62,487 nucleotides of DNA, filler included, from Choristocarpus tenellus KU-1152 (GCA_964200185.2; 11 parts of 11 records of this genome joined end to end with filler, not necessarily neighbours in it); one strand, 5' to 3'; numbered from the whole stretch's first letter, positions 49,420 through 62,250 are shown. Translations and numbers: made by a program. Notes: generated by a model not told the origin, from the sequence alone.

Positions 49420-49890
49420 GACTGCGTGATCACTTCTTCGTATCTTTGATATGATCAAGAACTGTTGCCTGCTCTTTCACTGTGATATTCATATTAGGCA
49501 TGTATCAATTTATCAATATCAAGGTATATACTCAAGACCTGAAGTCTACTCTTCTTCACTGTGACATTCAGATTAGATGTATCAATTTATCAGTATCAAG
49601 ATATGATCAAGACTTGTTGTAAGCTCTTTGACTTGAAATTCAAATTAAACAGAACAATTTTCAGTGTAAGATGCGATCAAGATCTGTTTATGGTCTTTCA
49701 ATGTGATATTCAGGTTAGGCATATCGATCTATCAGTAACAATATATGATCAAGACCTGTTGTCTGCCCTTTCACTGTGATATTCAGAGTAGATAAATCAA
49801 TTTATCAGTAACATGGTATGATCAAGACCTGCAGTCTTCTCTTTCACTGTGACATTCAGAGTAGACATCAATTTATCAGTAACGAGATAG
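49420..49890. repeat. Degenerate ~70-bp tandem repeat (ATGATCAAGA...TTCACTGTGATATTCAG...ATCAATTTATCAGTA)
   Basis: About 6 diverged copies. Confidence 0.75.
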
Positions 49891-50287
49891 TCCCTAAGAG
49901 GTACACCCTAAGAGGTACACAGTAGACCACACTCAGGGCATCATGTAGTACTACTGTCATTCTTAACCCACACAAACATCAACATGATACTTGAACAGCC
50001 AGTATAAATACAACATATCACAACTCTGTACTGTGCCAGTACTGTGCACACCTTAGACTAACATGTCAACTGTCACTGAAAACGCTATCAACTCTACTCG
50101 TAACTCTACATAGAACCGGGGTCCAAGGGGGCCAACTGCTAAACACACACGGGTCATAGTATCTGGGGGGGGGGGGGGGGGGGGGGGNNNNNNNNNNNNN
50201 NNNNNNNNNNNNNNNNNNNNNNNNNNNNNNNTTAATTAATTAANNNNNNNNNNNNNNNNNNNNNNNNNNNNNNNNNNNNNNNNNNNN

Positions 50288-53200
50288 GTGCCCCTCCTGG
50301 TCCTGCTGTTTCACCACTTGGCATGAGCCCCAACACAGTCATTTCCTTGGGGAAGAGACCTTGCAGGAACCGGGAGGCGACTGACGAGTTGTTGGTGGCC
50401 AGGTACACGTACAGTAACCCCAGCGAAGCAAGCATCATGACCTGCAGGCGTTTGTTTGCACAAATTTTGTAAGCTATTATTATCTTTTGGTCGGGTGAGG
50501 GTCATTTTTTTTTCAGCAGAAGAACATTGACTTTTTTCTTGGAAAAAAAAACAGAAACGTGATGTTATGTTAGAAGCGTAGTCTTTTCCGTTCTTTGCAC
50601 AAGGCGCAGTGAAACATCTCCAGATTTAATGTTTCAGAGAAATGTGCTAACAAAAAATGGTGAAAAATAGAACAAAACATGTGTGTATGTATGTATACGT
50701 ACTTCAGATTTTTCACACCAAAATGTTCCATGTACCGTAAATACATAGTATTATATAGAGTCAGTTTAAAATGCTTTACAGCGAAATGTTGCCCAATGAG
50801 GGGAAATGCAGCAATTTCTTTGCCAAAACTGAAACCACTCCAAGGGAGTCAAGCACAACTGGGAATGGCTACTTGGTGCAATGCATCAAAACTCACCGTA
50901 CTTGAATTTAAAGCATGGAAGGCGCCATGCAGTACTCAGGATGAGTAACAGTTCAGACGAAGAGGTTGCAAGAAAGAAAATGTTCTTATGAGTACCCAGC
51001 ACTGATACAGTAAATACTGTTCTTTCACTGACAAAAATAAAAGGTGTAACTGTCATCACCCTGTACCTAAACACCACAACATACACAGTCAAGACACGCT
51101 ATGAATAGTTTCGAGATGAGAACTAACTACTAGAAATCCACCCCATGGAGATCGATTGACACACACCCCATGGATCATTCCGCTCAGGCTCATTCCTTCC
51201 CCACCCGCATATCCCATCGATCCGCCTTCTCCTGTCAACATCTCACTCTTCGCCTCTCGTACCGCTTTCCGAACCTAGGGTGAGGGGAGGGGGGGGGGGA
51301 GGTATTGTGCTTGTTGAACTCTAGACACACTCCTGCAAAATAACAATTTTCTGCTCGAAAAACATCCCTTGACACCACCTCAATGACCCAGTTGTCCAAG
51401 AAACATGTGCTGTAGTGTCTTGGCTTGGTTGTTCTCAACAGAGAGGAACATTTGCTTCAATTTCATGCCTGATTCGTATAATCAGCACTTGACTGCTCTG
51501 AGGAGAGACACATGCTGTGAATGTATCCCACTCTTGACAATCCTACAGAGGACTCAGTGTTCATCACTGGTGAGTGAAATTATCCTTGGCTTTGTTGAAC
51601 CAAGCAGTATCATGAGCCCCGCTCCATCAAGGGCGTATCAGCCACTAACAGAGTTGTAAGTATGGAGTTACCAATCTTGGCAAAACCCTTTCTATCAAGA
51701 GCAGTGCAGACCCAAAGTATCTGGGGGGGGGGGATCTTCACCAAAGTGTCCATTTGGACCACACCAGGAAAAGTGCACCTTCATTATCCATCCAACGTAT
51801 GGAACCAAATCACCCAAAAATTGCAACATGAAAAATTTAGCTCCAAATGGACAGCCACCACCCCCCCAAGGTACTTTGAGCCAGGGTCAAAAACGGACGC
51901 CGGCACACACCCCCCAGATACTTTGACCCTGCACTACCTAGCTTGAAGTGGAAATACAGTTTGCCAACGGTGTGTTACCTGGTCTTCAGTTATTCCCAGC
52001 AGCTTCCCAGCCTTGCCTGAGGCTAATCTTTTGGCCATTTTTTCCTCATCTATGCTCTGAGCATCCCAGTTTTCCTCACTGCCCTTGAATTGGTCTGTGC
52101 TATCTCCTTCTTAGCGCAAGAGAAAATGGGCAATGTGATTATTCAACGAGGGCACTGCAGATTCGGTGTGTGTGCAGGCTAAGAGGTAGGGTTACTTCAA
52201 AGGATGAAGAGGTGGCGAGGAGTCTCTCATGCATGCATGCATGCTGTAAGGAGGATACCACAAATTGCCTTGAGCTCTAAAATATAAGATTTCTGTTCTA
52301 AAGGCCGAAGCACATTTTGAGCAAGGAAACCTCTCAATATTAAAATATGTATGTAACCCTCTTCTGCTTCGTACTGAGAATTGTGTCCTTACTAAAAATG
52401 TGCTTCTGTCTGTAGAATAGAGCCCTTACCTTTTGTTTCTAGAGGCAATTTGAGGTAAGAGAGACATTCACATGGACATGCTTTCATTGCCTGAGCTCCA
52501 GATGACTGCAATTGACCGGCAAGAATACGACCAAGTGCTCGGAGTGCAAAGGGTTCGGGTTTGCCCCTAGGCTTCTTCTGGTTAGCCAATCGGCCACCCA
52601 GAGAGTCCAGCAGTCCAGGAAATATTTCGGGCGGTGCATTCGTGACTGATTTCTGCCAAATCACATTAGCTCACCAGACATATCACCCTGTCTCGCAGCT
52701 ACAGTTGCCCCCTCGCCTTTAAGAGTTGATTTCTCCCCTTGCCCCCTGCCTCTCCCTGCACCTCTTCTCCTTCGCAGACCTTGACTACCTTCAGACTCCT
52801 CCACCATTACCACCTCCAAGCGAGGTTCCCCTTCTCCTCCTGCATCCTCCCCAATTGGACCGTTGACCTTGGCCTTTCCCTGCGATTTTCTGTGATCACT
52901 CTTGACCCCTTGCATCTCTGGAAGAACATCGACTCCTGCCCTCGCGGAAAAACAACAACAGGGAGTCATACTATCATTCAATAGGTCTGAAACGTGAGAG
53001 AGATGTGCTGCAGATGTGGCGATTCATTCACCGTACAATAGGATCACGATATTGCGGCGAGTGTATCGTCCTTTCAGAACCAGTTAGAGCTGGCAGTGCT
53101 CACCCATACCGCTGTAGTCGATGGGCTCGCCCGGATACAGGACAATTAACATCACCACTACCAATCCGATGGCAAGTCCAACCAGTAGCGAAGCCTTAGT

Positions 53201-53500
53201 ATCGCTGCGAATCTCGATGGACGAAAGGTACGTTCGCAGAGAATCCAAAGCTGCACTGATGTTCTACGGAGTCACAGAGAAGAAGCACGATCCGATGTTC
53301 CACAATTGAGATCACAGGGAAGTTTGAGGTACCTATTAGTATTTCACTTATGGTATTATTGGCCAGGGCCGAACAATGGTTGAGGGATAAACAAGTAATC
53401 ACCCTCAACAATAGAGGACTTTCGTTCGAGGATCGGGTTTCAAAGCCGTTTCGGGCAAATCTTTGCTATCCCATGGTCAACACCCAGTGCATACCTCCAT
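50288..53500 (-). CDS. Hypothetical membrane protein with N- and C-terminal TM helices, 3' end in gap (exons 53500-53495, 53263-53110, 52935-52675, 52109-51979, 51274-51167, 50441-50288)
   Basis: Six exons splice in one frame: MENISAALDSLRTYL...LLVGLAIGLVVVMLIVLYP...KAGKLLGITEDQVRKAVREAK...GVMMLASLGLLYVYLAT...FLQGLFPKEMTVLGL. Confidence 0.65.
51709..51929 (+). mobile_element. MITE subfamily B with duplicated right end, TSD TGCA
   Basis: TGCA|GACCCAAAGTATCT(G)n... first right end at 51882, second right end ...CCAGATACTTTGACCC|TGCA. Confidence 0.85.
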
Positions 53501-53813
53501 GGCTCTCACACTGCAATACTTCTAGTGGTATCTTTTGTTCCCCGTCCAAAAATGGGGTTTCACAATTCAGCTGTTGTGAGGAGTTTAAGCCACCTTCGTG
53601 TTGGGTTATAACTTCAAATGATTACGATTATAGTGGTGGTTCTGTGTATTCAAAAGACAGGAGTTCATAAATGCAGCGAAGTCAGATCATTCTTGAAACT
53701 TCAAACAGGATTTTCTTGTTTCGTTGAGCAGGAACCGTATGTAGAAAGTCTTGCTTGGCTCTGACAAGCCTGCACCCAACGCAGCGACAAGCGATCGACG
53801 GTTGGATTTGACA

Positions 53814-54921
53814 ATGCTGGAGTCAAAGCACGCTGCGTCGGGCTCCCGGGCAGTGTGCTTTTCTCGAAATGATACCTCAAGACGGTGTCTCCTTCTCTGC
53901 ATGGCTCTCGCTTCAACATTGGGGCTCGCTCCACAGTTCCCCAACGCACCTGCTGTACGTGCCTCGTGGAGGGCGCCGTCGAAAGCTACGATTTTTATGC
54001 CTGTAGATAAACAAAAATTCTCTGGTGGAGCTAGTGGGTGGTGCACTGGAGGGGCGAGCCTGGGTGCACCGCGTGGATTCGATCCAACCCACCTTGTATC
54101 TCAGCGGCATGGTGGTCAAGCAACGACGATGTGCGTGGAACTCTTCGCTCGTATTTTACGTCATAGAACTTGATGGAAGTCATTTGATCAATTCTTAACT
54201 AATTTCGAAGAACGTCCGCATCTAATTCGTGCTGTGGACACCTAACGCACACATTCCACCAAACAGGTTCATCTGGCACCCCATCCGTTACGCGGCGGCT
54301 TTCACCGGCGGAATCGTGCTGTCCACTTGGGTCAATGCACGAGTTAACCGCTGGAACAACAGGGTGCGCCAGGCACGATTGGACAACGGCTTAACTAAGG
54401 TAATCTCATTCATTCCTGTCATTTTCCCCGAGGGCAGGCATCCCTACGTTCTAGACTTCTTACCATTGCGACACTGCACCAGGCATCACGTAATTAGGAT
54501 GCCTCTAACGGTCCCTTACAGCTCTTCGTTATATCTCAATGCAATAATGCATCATCTACCCCTTGCTTGCTTAGCCCAGCCGAGCCCCTTACATACCACT
54601 CTGACCACGCTCCATCATTCCTGCCACTCCGTACCACTGCAATTTTCGGGAAAGGGGGGTAGTCTGTCGCCCGAGCTGTTCATGCAAACCCTCAGGTCGA
54701 TTCATCAAGCAGCGGCCATCAAGTCTGCTGTGGAGCTCGGTGTATTCTCTAAACTCGGTGCCCTGTACAGGAAGGGTCAGGCTATGGGCAGGGGGAAAGG
54801 GGGTGGGGGAGCGACGTCGTCAGAGGTGGCACAGGCGTGCGACTGTTCTGAAAAGGGAATGACGGTGCTGCTTGATGTCCTGGCAGCTGGTCATTTGTTG
54901 AGGAAGACAGTACCGGACAAG
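53814..54921 (+). CDS. SAM-dependent O-methyltransferase (Methyltransf_2 type), N-terminal dimerisation domain with bipartite-like presequence, 5' part (exons 53814-54130, 54267-54399, 54655-54921)
   Basis: SPELFMQTLRSIHQAAAIKSAVELGVFSKL...ATSSEVAQACDCSEKGMTVLLDVLAAGHLLRK fits the OMT winged-helix dimerisation domain. The leader RRCLLLCMALASTLG-LAP is followed by an S/R/A-rich stretch. The catalytic domain is not in the contig. Confidence 0.72.
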
Positions 54922-57409
54922 GTGGGACGCACTAGGATAGTTTCTTTGACAATTACACGTACTGATCACTATACCTCTGCAGGCTAGATCAGCATTAACC
55001 CTCATGAATGGCCGAGAAAAGCAAGGTTGTACACATCTCCTCTTTCGTCAAACATGCAGGTTCAATTGCACAGATATTGAAAAACAGGACTTCAAGATTT
55101 CTGACTACTACCAACATAGAGTGTACTTGTTTTAGTTTAGGGATGGAATATGTACCTCATATTATATATACATATATATATTGTGAATCTTCAAAAGTTG
55201 CCAATCACTGTGTCAGCTGCTGTTACTAACAACAGCAATGGTGTTGAATCCATCGGTAGTATTCCGCTTGAAGACAGCTACTAGTACAACATGTGCAAAT
55301 CATAGCGTGAGTGCCTGTGACATGTGACCTGTGGATGCAAGCTGCTACAAAAATACAGGATGCCAATGAGGCAGTGGATAATTAGTACTTTTCCTCCACT
55401 TCAACCAATTGTTGGACAAATGAAGCAAAAGATACCCCACACTCAAGTATTTCTCCTGAGGGATTTTTAATGCCCTCTGGGGATCATTTTTTGGAAACTT
55501 TTGTTCAAGTTTTGTTGCTGCGAGACGGAACTCTCTGTTGGTGTACGATGACCTTAGACCTTGTCTGTCCTAGGACGGCATCGCCGGAGGACTGCCGTGG
55601 TAGAAGCTCATTGATGTCATAACAGGGCCCACAGGCGTCTCATACTTTTTTCTTTTTTTTTTCAAAGCCAGGCAGTTTCCGTCTCCGATCTATGGAGTTA
55701 CAAGGGTGTTCCTTGGAGAGGAAGGCGTTTCTATTCTGCAGTTTGTGTCGTGCTTGTGCTGCCAACGCCTTTTTTGCGCTATTGCTATCTTGTTCAGTCC
55801 CCTTCTTCTGCGATTGGTTCTCGGTGACTTTGCCAATGAGGCTGAAGGGTCGAGCTTCCGTGTATTTCAGGAGGCACTCCCCACACCGCGTGCTGGAAAA
55901 GAAGAGATTACGTCGGTATCTCGAGTCTTACCTCACCAGAAGGCCTCCCTCCTGAAGGGGCCGAAGTTTTCGCACAGAGGATCTTTAGAATGCTGATTTG
56001 AATGGAACGCCGATTGCTGCTGATGGTGGATCCACAACGCCCCATTCGACACCTTTTTGGGGGGGGAGTGGCGAAGATCCTGGAGTCCAAAGCGCTCGAG
56101 ATGCTTATCGTGTACTGTTCCAGTGTTATTAGTTGGAAGAGGAAGAAGGGAGTCAGCGATTCGTTCGTGGACTGCTACGCAGTGTTACACCACTTCATCA
56201 TGGTGTCGGTATCGATAAAAGCATATTCATATTTTTTTTCTGTTACTAAATTTTGGATACAAAACAAGAACGACTGCTGAGAGTCTCTCCCATACGTAGA
56301 GCCGAAAATAGTACCCTTAGGCTCATCCACGAATTTTTTTTTTTTTACCCCTCTTGCTCAAAGAGTCTTTTTTTCACACACACACACGCGCGCGACTGCC
56401 CCTTACTCTCTCCGTAGATATTTTCTGATCAATGGGGCATTGATTAAACTCTCTGAGAGGATACTTGTCTTTTTTTTTAATGTTATGTGAGAGTTTATGC
56501 TGAGGATATAATTTTTACTATTATGATAGTAGTACTCTCTGGCACTATCAATCGATGGGGTGGAGAGGGAGAGGAGACGGGTACCCTTCCTTCTTCACAA
56601 CTTTTGTTGATGAATTTGCATTTTCTTGGTTCGAATAAGCTTCTATTGATCTGTAGAGGGTGTGGGGCGGGGGGGGGGGGATTCGTACCTCTGCAACTCC
56701 CTAAAAGTCAACAGATGTTTCTCTTATTTNNNNNNNNNNNNNNNNNNNNNNNNNNNNNNNNNNNNNNNNNNNNTTAATTAATTAANNNNNNNNNNNNNNN
56801 NNNNNNNNNNNNNNNNNNNNNNNNNNNNNTGGGTGCGTGTTGTCTAACCTGTCCTCCTGCCCTGGGGTAGGTACGGGCATGTCTGGTTTCAACATTTTGC
56901 CTTCTGCACCCTGCCACTGGGCATCTGTTTGAGACGGCCTCCTCCCTCCCTAGGGATCTGCTGGCTGTAAGCTTGAATTCTAGAGGGGGGATCTGGCATG
57001 CTGGCTCTAAGAGTTGTGTTGAGGCCCATGTGTTTGCCCCTTGTCTACACTGGCTCCGGTGGCGCACTAGGGCTAATAGGGAGCTCTCCTTCTCCTGGTG
57101 TACTTCACTTGGTAGGCCGGCTAATTGTGTCCGGAATGGATCATGTTCAGGAGGTGTGTGGTCTCATGTTGAGTCCTCCTCCTCGTGATCCTGACGTCAT
57201 GGGCTGCCAGAATGCTTTTCACTGTTGTTTTGAACTTGAAATGGGGAATTTTCATAACATTTGATAATTAAAAACACTACCAGCAGAACAGAGGGTTTTT
57301 GATAAGACTTTCTGATAGTGAATTTTATTTTGCACACTCTAATACTACGTAGATTTAATATGGTATTTTAATTACACAATTGTACAAATACGATGGGTGT
57401 ACCGATATA

Positions 57410-58647
57410 AGAAAGGGGTAGGGCCAAGTGGAAAAGTCCTCTCTTATATCCTGATCCTCTCTTATGATATATAAGAGCGATTTTCTCTTAAACCGAGTGA
57501 TCGTTTGCCGACGTAGATTCCTCGCTTGTTGGAATTGTTTTCGGGTACTGGTGCTAGAATACTTCACGGCTGGCTTTGGTTGTGCAACACGCAAATCGGC
57601 TCATATGCTCTTGACCATTTTTTTTTATTTTTCAGCTTCCCGTAGGTAAGGGGTGCGTTTTCACCCCTTCAAAAGTTTCATACTGTACAGGTACTGACTG
57701 TACTATATCGTTCTTTACATAATTGTCATACGACAAGATTGGATGCAGTACAGAACAGTGCTGGATTACTATTCTGTACTACTGCCGCAGACTTTCCATC
57801 CACACGCTGATACACCTCGACATGTTTGGCACCCCTCGTAGACTTGGCGTCAGGCTTCAGCATCTGCGCTTTCTCCATGATGGTTCTTGCCTCCTTCTTC
57901 AACTTGTAGAGGGTGCTGTGACCAATTCCTAACTTTCGAACTACCGCAGGTCCCGTCATGGTCTTCAGGAGTGTCAGCGCTTCCACCTTCTCTGCAAAGC
58001 TCAAGTGTTCATGACTGTCATCACCGCGAGGCTTGTAGGACGCGGTTTTCTCCATAGATTTATTTGGCAGCATCTTACCCTTGCCCTTGTTCTTGTTATC
58101 ATGGCGCTTCGACGCCGTGTTGTCACTGACTGGAGGACTCGAAGTCTTGCTTTTGGCGGGGCTCACTCACGATTTGCACATGCATTTCATTTCACTGGCG
58201 CCAACAGGATCCACGACGCCGCAAATGCCATGAAGTTAGCTACTACAAACGCAACACTTATGGCATGTATAGTGTGGTGGCCCAGGATGTTGCAACTGGA
58301 TCCCATTGTGCAGGGTATCGCTATATCTGTACAGTGCAGTTGCCTAAACTCGATGTGATATACTGTACAGTACTGAGAGACAAAAGACTGCTACGCTGTG
58401 TACTGCTGGTCCCAAGAAGCTCTGTGCGTTATTTTGTAATATTTTGCTTAACTTTAGACATGGATTTTTGAGAAACTCGTCAGTCAAGTAGTGAAAAAAT
58501 ATGCAAGTGTGCTCGGTATAAGAGAGAATTGACAGTAAAGAGCCGAAACCTCTCTTATAGCCTGAAAAGTCGTGAACAACGCAATTTACCCTCTCTTATA
58601 TCTCGTTTTCTAATATATCGACCACTCTTCTATTGGTTAACCCCCTG
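57410..58647 (-). mobile_element. pogo/Tigger-like DNA transposon, internally deleted
   Basis: The end reads TA|CAGGGGGTTAACCAATAGAAGAGT on the minus strand, with a weaker inverted match near 57410. Repeated subterminal CTCTCTTATA boxes lie at both ends around an HTH ORF. Confidence 0.65.
57726..58166 (-). pseudogene. Truncated pogo-family transposase (CENP-B/psq-type HTH only)
   Basis: HLSFAEKVEALTLLKTMTGPAVVRKLGIGHSTLYKLKKE...KSTRGAKHVEV is typical of the pogo/Tigger N-terminal DNA-binding domain. No DDE domain follows. Confidence 0.7.
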
Positions 58648-58763
58648 TAGTACAGAGCACAGCACTAAAATATAATAGTACTTCAGTTGGTGTTAGAAAT
58701 AATCGAGAAGCACAAACAGATTGGACTTCAGTTGTTTTTTGTTGTTATCGTTGAAATGTACTT

Positions 58764-59000
58764 TGACACATGCATGCACGGGAAACATGCTCGGTATGTC
58801 ATTAACACCAACCAATCGCATCTAAATCCTCGATTGTGGTGTACCCCCACAATCTGTCTTGTGTCGTATTACGTATTGAAGATTATATACAGAGACCCAT
58901 GCATGCATGGGAAACATGCTGGGTACGACATTAACACCATCCAATCGCATCTAAATCTTCGATTGTAGTGTACCTCCACAATCTGTCTTGTGTCGTATTT
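58764..59000. repeat. Tandem duplication, about 130 bp x2
   Basis: The CATGCATGCAYGGGAAACATGCT...ACAATCTGTCTTGTGTCGTATT block occurs twice. Confidence 0.85.
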
Positions 59001-59106
59001 TGGTCTGGGGTAACACATTATTATCATAACACTGGAAACTGTTTATCTTAAACCTGCATCTACTACGTACATAAGACAGAGAGAGTTCTACTATGAAGTG
59101 ATCATC

Positions 59107-59375
59107 GAGTCAAAGCATTTAAGAGGGTAGGGCCACGTCCGTTTTGGGCCATAAATCCAATGTTGCGATTTTGATGTATTTTGGATATCATGTTTGTTAG
59201 CAAGTTTCAATATCCTTGTTCCGGACACACCTTTCATTGTCGTACTCCGAAAATGTTTCGGAGTAGGTACCTGTGTTAACACAGAAAACCGAAAAAGGGC
59301 GTTAAAAAAAGTGGGAATTCAAGCCCCAAACAGACAAACAGCGCAAAACTCCTACCCTCTAAAATGCTTCGGGTC
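59107..59375 (+). mobile_element. MITE subfamily A variant, TSD CATC
   Basis: CATC|GAGTCAAAGCATTTAAGAGGGTAG ... CTACCCTCTAAAATGCTTCGGGTC|CATC, with an interior colinear with 14737-14994. Confidence 0.85.
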
Positions 59376-60056
59376 CATCGTTGTGCAACTGACCCAAGCT
59401 TACAAGAACAATGCCATAGACTCCTTAGGGTTAGAAATGATCCTAGGTGGTAGAGTAGCAGTAGTGCATTTATTTACGTATTATCGACTGATAACAGTGT
59501 AAAAGAAATATGAAAGAGCTTTTGTTTGTCGACGATGCTCTTCGTCAAAATTCAGAGTACAGTGGAGACTATGTCCTCTTCATTGTGAAGAAAGAGCAGT
59601 GGTTCATACACAAATGTTTTTACTTCGCCTAACTGCACTCCCGGAGCATTTCAACTTATTTCCCAAGAGCTTGAGTTGTAAGTATTTTTTTGCAGGTGGC
59701 TTTGATCACGCTTACCTCTTAGTAGAATGTACAGGTGATCAGTCCATACTATGTAGTACCGAGTAACGCTCTGTCAGAAATGGTGTATATGGTATTACTG
59801 CACGTTATGAGGGAAATGATATCCTAATTAGTTTGACACTATTCCACCTGGGTTTGTTGAGCATCCCTATAGTCTGATAGGAGGTAGTATCTCCCAGACA
59901 CACGGATTCATGCTGAGAGGGTCACCCAGTCTATGGGTTAGTGCTTTTTCTGCCTTGGTTATAAAGAGAAGAGCACTGTTTGTTGGCGACAAACAATCAA
60001 GTACTTCAAAGTACTGCTTATTTTCTGATTTTGCGGCTTCAAACAGTTTCACCCTT

Positions 60057-60232
60057 GGGTCAAAGTATCTGGGGGGGGCGGGGCGGCTATCTCTTTGGGG
60101 CCAATTTTTTCCATGTCGCGATTTTTGTGTGATTTTGGTTGCATACATCGGATGGATAATGTAAGTGCGCTTTTCCTTCCTGATTATGGCCCAAATGGAC
60201 ACTCTGGTATAGACCCCCCCCCCCCCTGGATA
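60057..60232 (-). mobile_element. MITE subfamily B, reverse orientation, one end eroded
   Basis: Reverse complement is colinear with 62251-62446. Confidence 0.8.
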
Positions 60233-60299
60233 GTGTGGCTGACTATCTGCTCGGTAGCTCAGAGGTTTACTAGTGTTTCAACAGATAGTACTATACAGT

Positions 60300-62102
60300 G
60301 CCTTCACGTGCTCTTATCCCCTTGGAACTCCCACCCTTCTCTCCCCCACCTCCTAAAACGTCTTCTTACCACTTTCAATGCGCAGGCACTTGTGCAATAT
60401 CCTGCTATATGGGACAAATAGCTTTATGATTACACTCAACTTGGGAATTCTGAGTGACCAATGGAGAAAATCGCTCTAGCTGTGACTGGGCTTAGGTTCC
60501 GACTGTGTTGGGACCAACTATTGATGCAATTAGGGAGGACCCAATAACGCGACCCCAAAGCACTGATGGAGTAGCTGTTGTGTCTTTTACATATCCAACC
60601 AACACGAAATCACAAGACTTGACGTGAGATCAGTCCAAGTCTGGCCCTTTCGATAGGAATGGACTCAAGTACCCTGTACATTTAATTCTTTCACCTGTTT
60701 TGCAAAGTCAAGATATCAACTAGACTTAGCTAGAGAAACGGTAGGATTGATATATATATATATATATGTACTGCTCTGTAGTAATGGTGTATGCAATGGA
60801 CTGCTGCAACCCTTCTATGAATAACTTTCCTACATAAGAATGTCTCTCGGGCAACTCTACCTCAATGCCCTGGTAATAGTTAATGTATCTCCGTGTTGCT
60901 ACAGATATATAGTCTATTTCTGGTTCTTAATATATGATCATTGTTGTAGAGTGATGGATTGTTGATTGAGATAGGAGATCTATGAATTTTTTGTGTCTCC
61001 ATATGTAGGCGAGGGAAGACTACTCTTGGATCAGTACTGGTGATGGACAGAAAACAAAGTCTGGAAGGAGGCAGGAGGCGCTCTTTCCTACCTCAGAAAT
61101 TACGACTCAATAGGGATGTCTTACAGAACTGGGGGGTTGTTATGCACACAAGAGGTGAGCATTCAAATAAGTATTTTGCTCAGGACATTCTTGTGGCCAT
61201 TAGTCAGTTGGACTTGAGCAATAGGCAATCACTTCGTGCAGAAGTTTCATGCGCTTTATGTGTATGTGTTGGAACCTTCCAACCCACTTGCATTTGCCGC
61301 AATGTTGTTTAGTCTAGTATCTCATTGACCAATCTTTCCATAGATTGATGCGTCCAACTGTGCAGTACATGTACATGCATGCCATGAAGCGCTCCACTCC
61401 TTTTGCATCTGCTGCGATGATGTTTTAAGTACCTAGCTGGTAACTTTCTTGTCAATCTGTGGGGAGGTTGATGTACACAGCCATGATGTGCATATGTTCG
61501 ATATGATAGGGACATGGCATCGTTAAAGCAGTTCATGCTCCCATGTCATCAAAAGATTTACTCATCACCAAGTGCTGCTGAGTGTCCTTGTATTTTCTAC
61601 ACGCACAAATACCCTGCCTGCTCACACTGCAATATTTTGCCTCCTAAATTGAGAACACTCCTGGACAAATGTTCAGGTTTTAGCGATCAATGTAACCGCC
61701 AATGGCTTCCTGTGCTCCAAGAAACATACTTCATCCTACGCTCATCTGAGGCTACCCCATACAGTTGTATCCCAGTCTACCTACCTATTTCTTCCTTCCC
61801 TCTGTCATTGTCACTTCCTCGCCCCCCATGCTGGCTTCCATCTTTGCTACTACCTGCTTTGCAACCGGCCTTGCTCTCTTCATCTGATGAGTTGTCCTCT
61901 CGAACTGCCTGATCGTAGTAACCCTCGAAGTTGTCATCATCTCCATCTCCATCGATGTCACCTCCTGTAGCGTTGTCAATGTTTTCTTTTTTTTCCTTCC
62001 CCTCCTCTTCCTCTCTCTCGCCCTCTTCATCATCATTGTCGTCGTCATCGTCCTCCTCCTCCTCCTCCTCATCCTGGGCTCCATAGCTCTCCGATATCAC
62101 AC
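60300..62102 (-). mobile_element. Possible decayed piggyBac-like transposase
   Basis: A long acidic N-terminal tract is followed, across stops and frameshifts, by GVERFMACM...NLWKDWS, RFQHIH, YLNAHLLCA.QPP...IES and LRIE. The order recalls piggyBac transposases, but the match is weak. Confidence 0.3.
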
Positions 62103-62250
62103 CTGCAAGATGCAAGCAAATTGAGGGAGGAGAGGGTGCTCTTATGTGGGGACAGGTGCCACCAGAATCGAGAAACGTATGGGACTGGTTTGCAGAAAAA
62201 TATGCATTGGACTGGCCTTGTTCGATGCAAAGATCAATCACAATAATTTC

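Noticed and set aside
5160-56829. Regularly recurring TTAATTAATTAA palindrome, and an apparent cluster of sulfotransferase, PMM, lactonase and methyltransferase genes
   Set aside because: The motif is an artificial six-frame-stop linker inside N runs. The genes sit on different contigs, so there is no evidence for a biosynthetic cluster.
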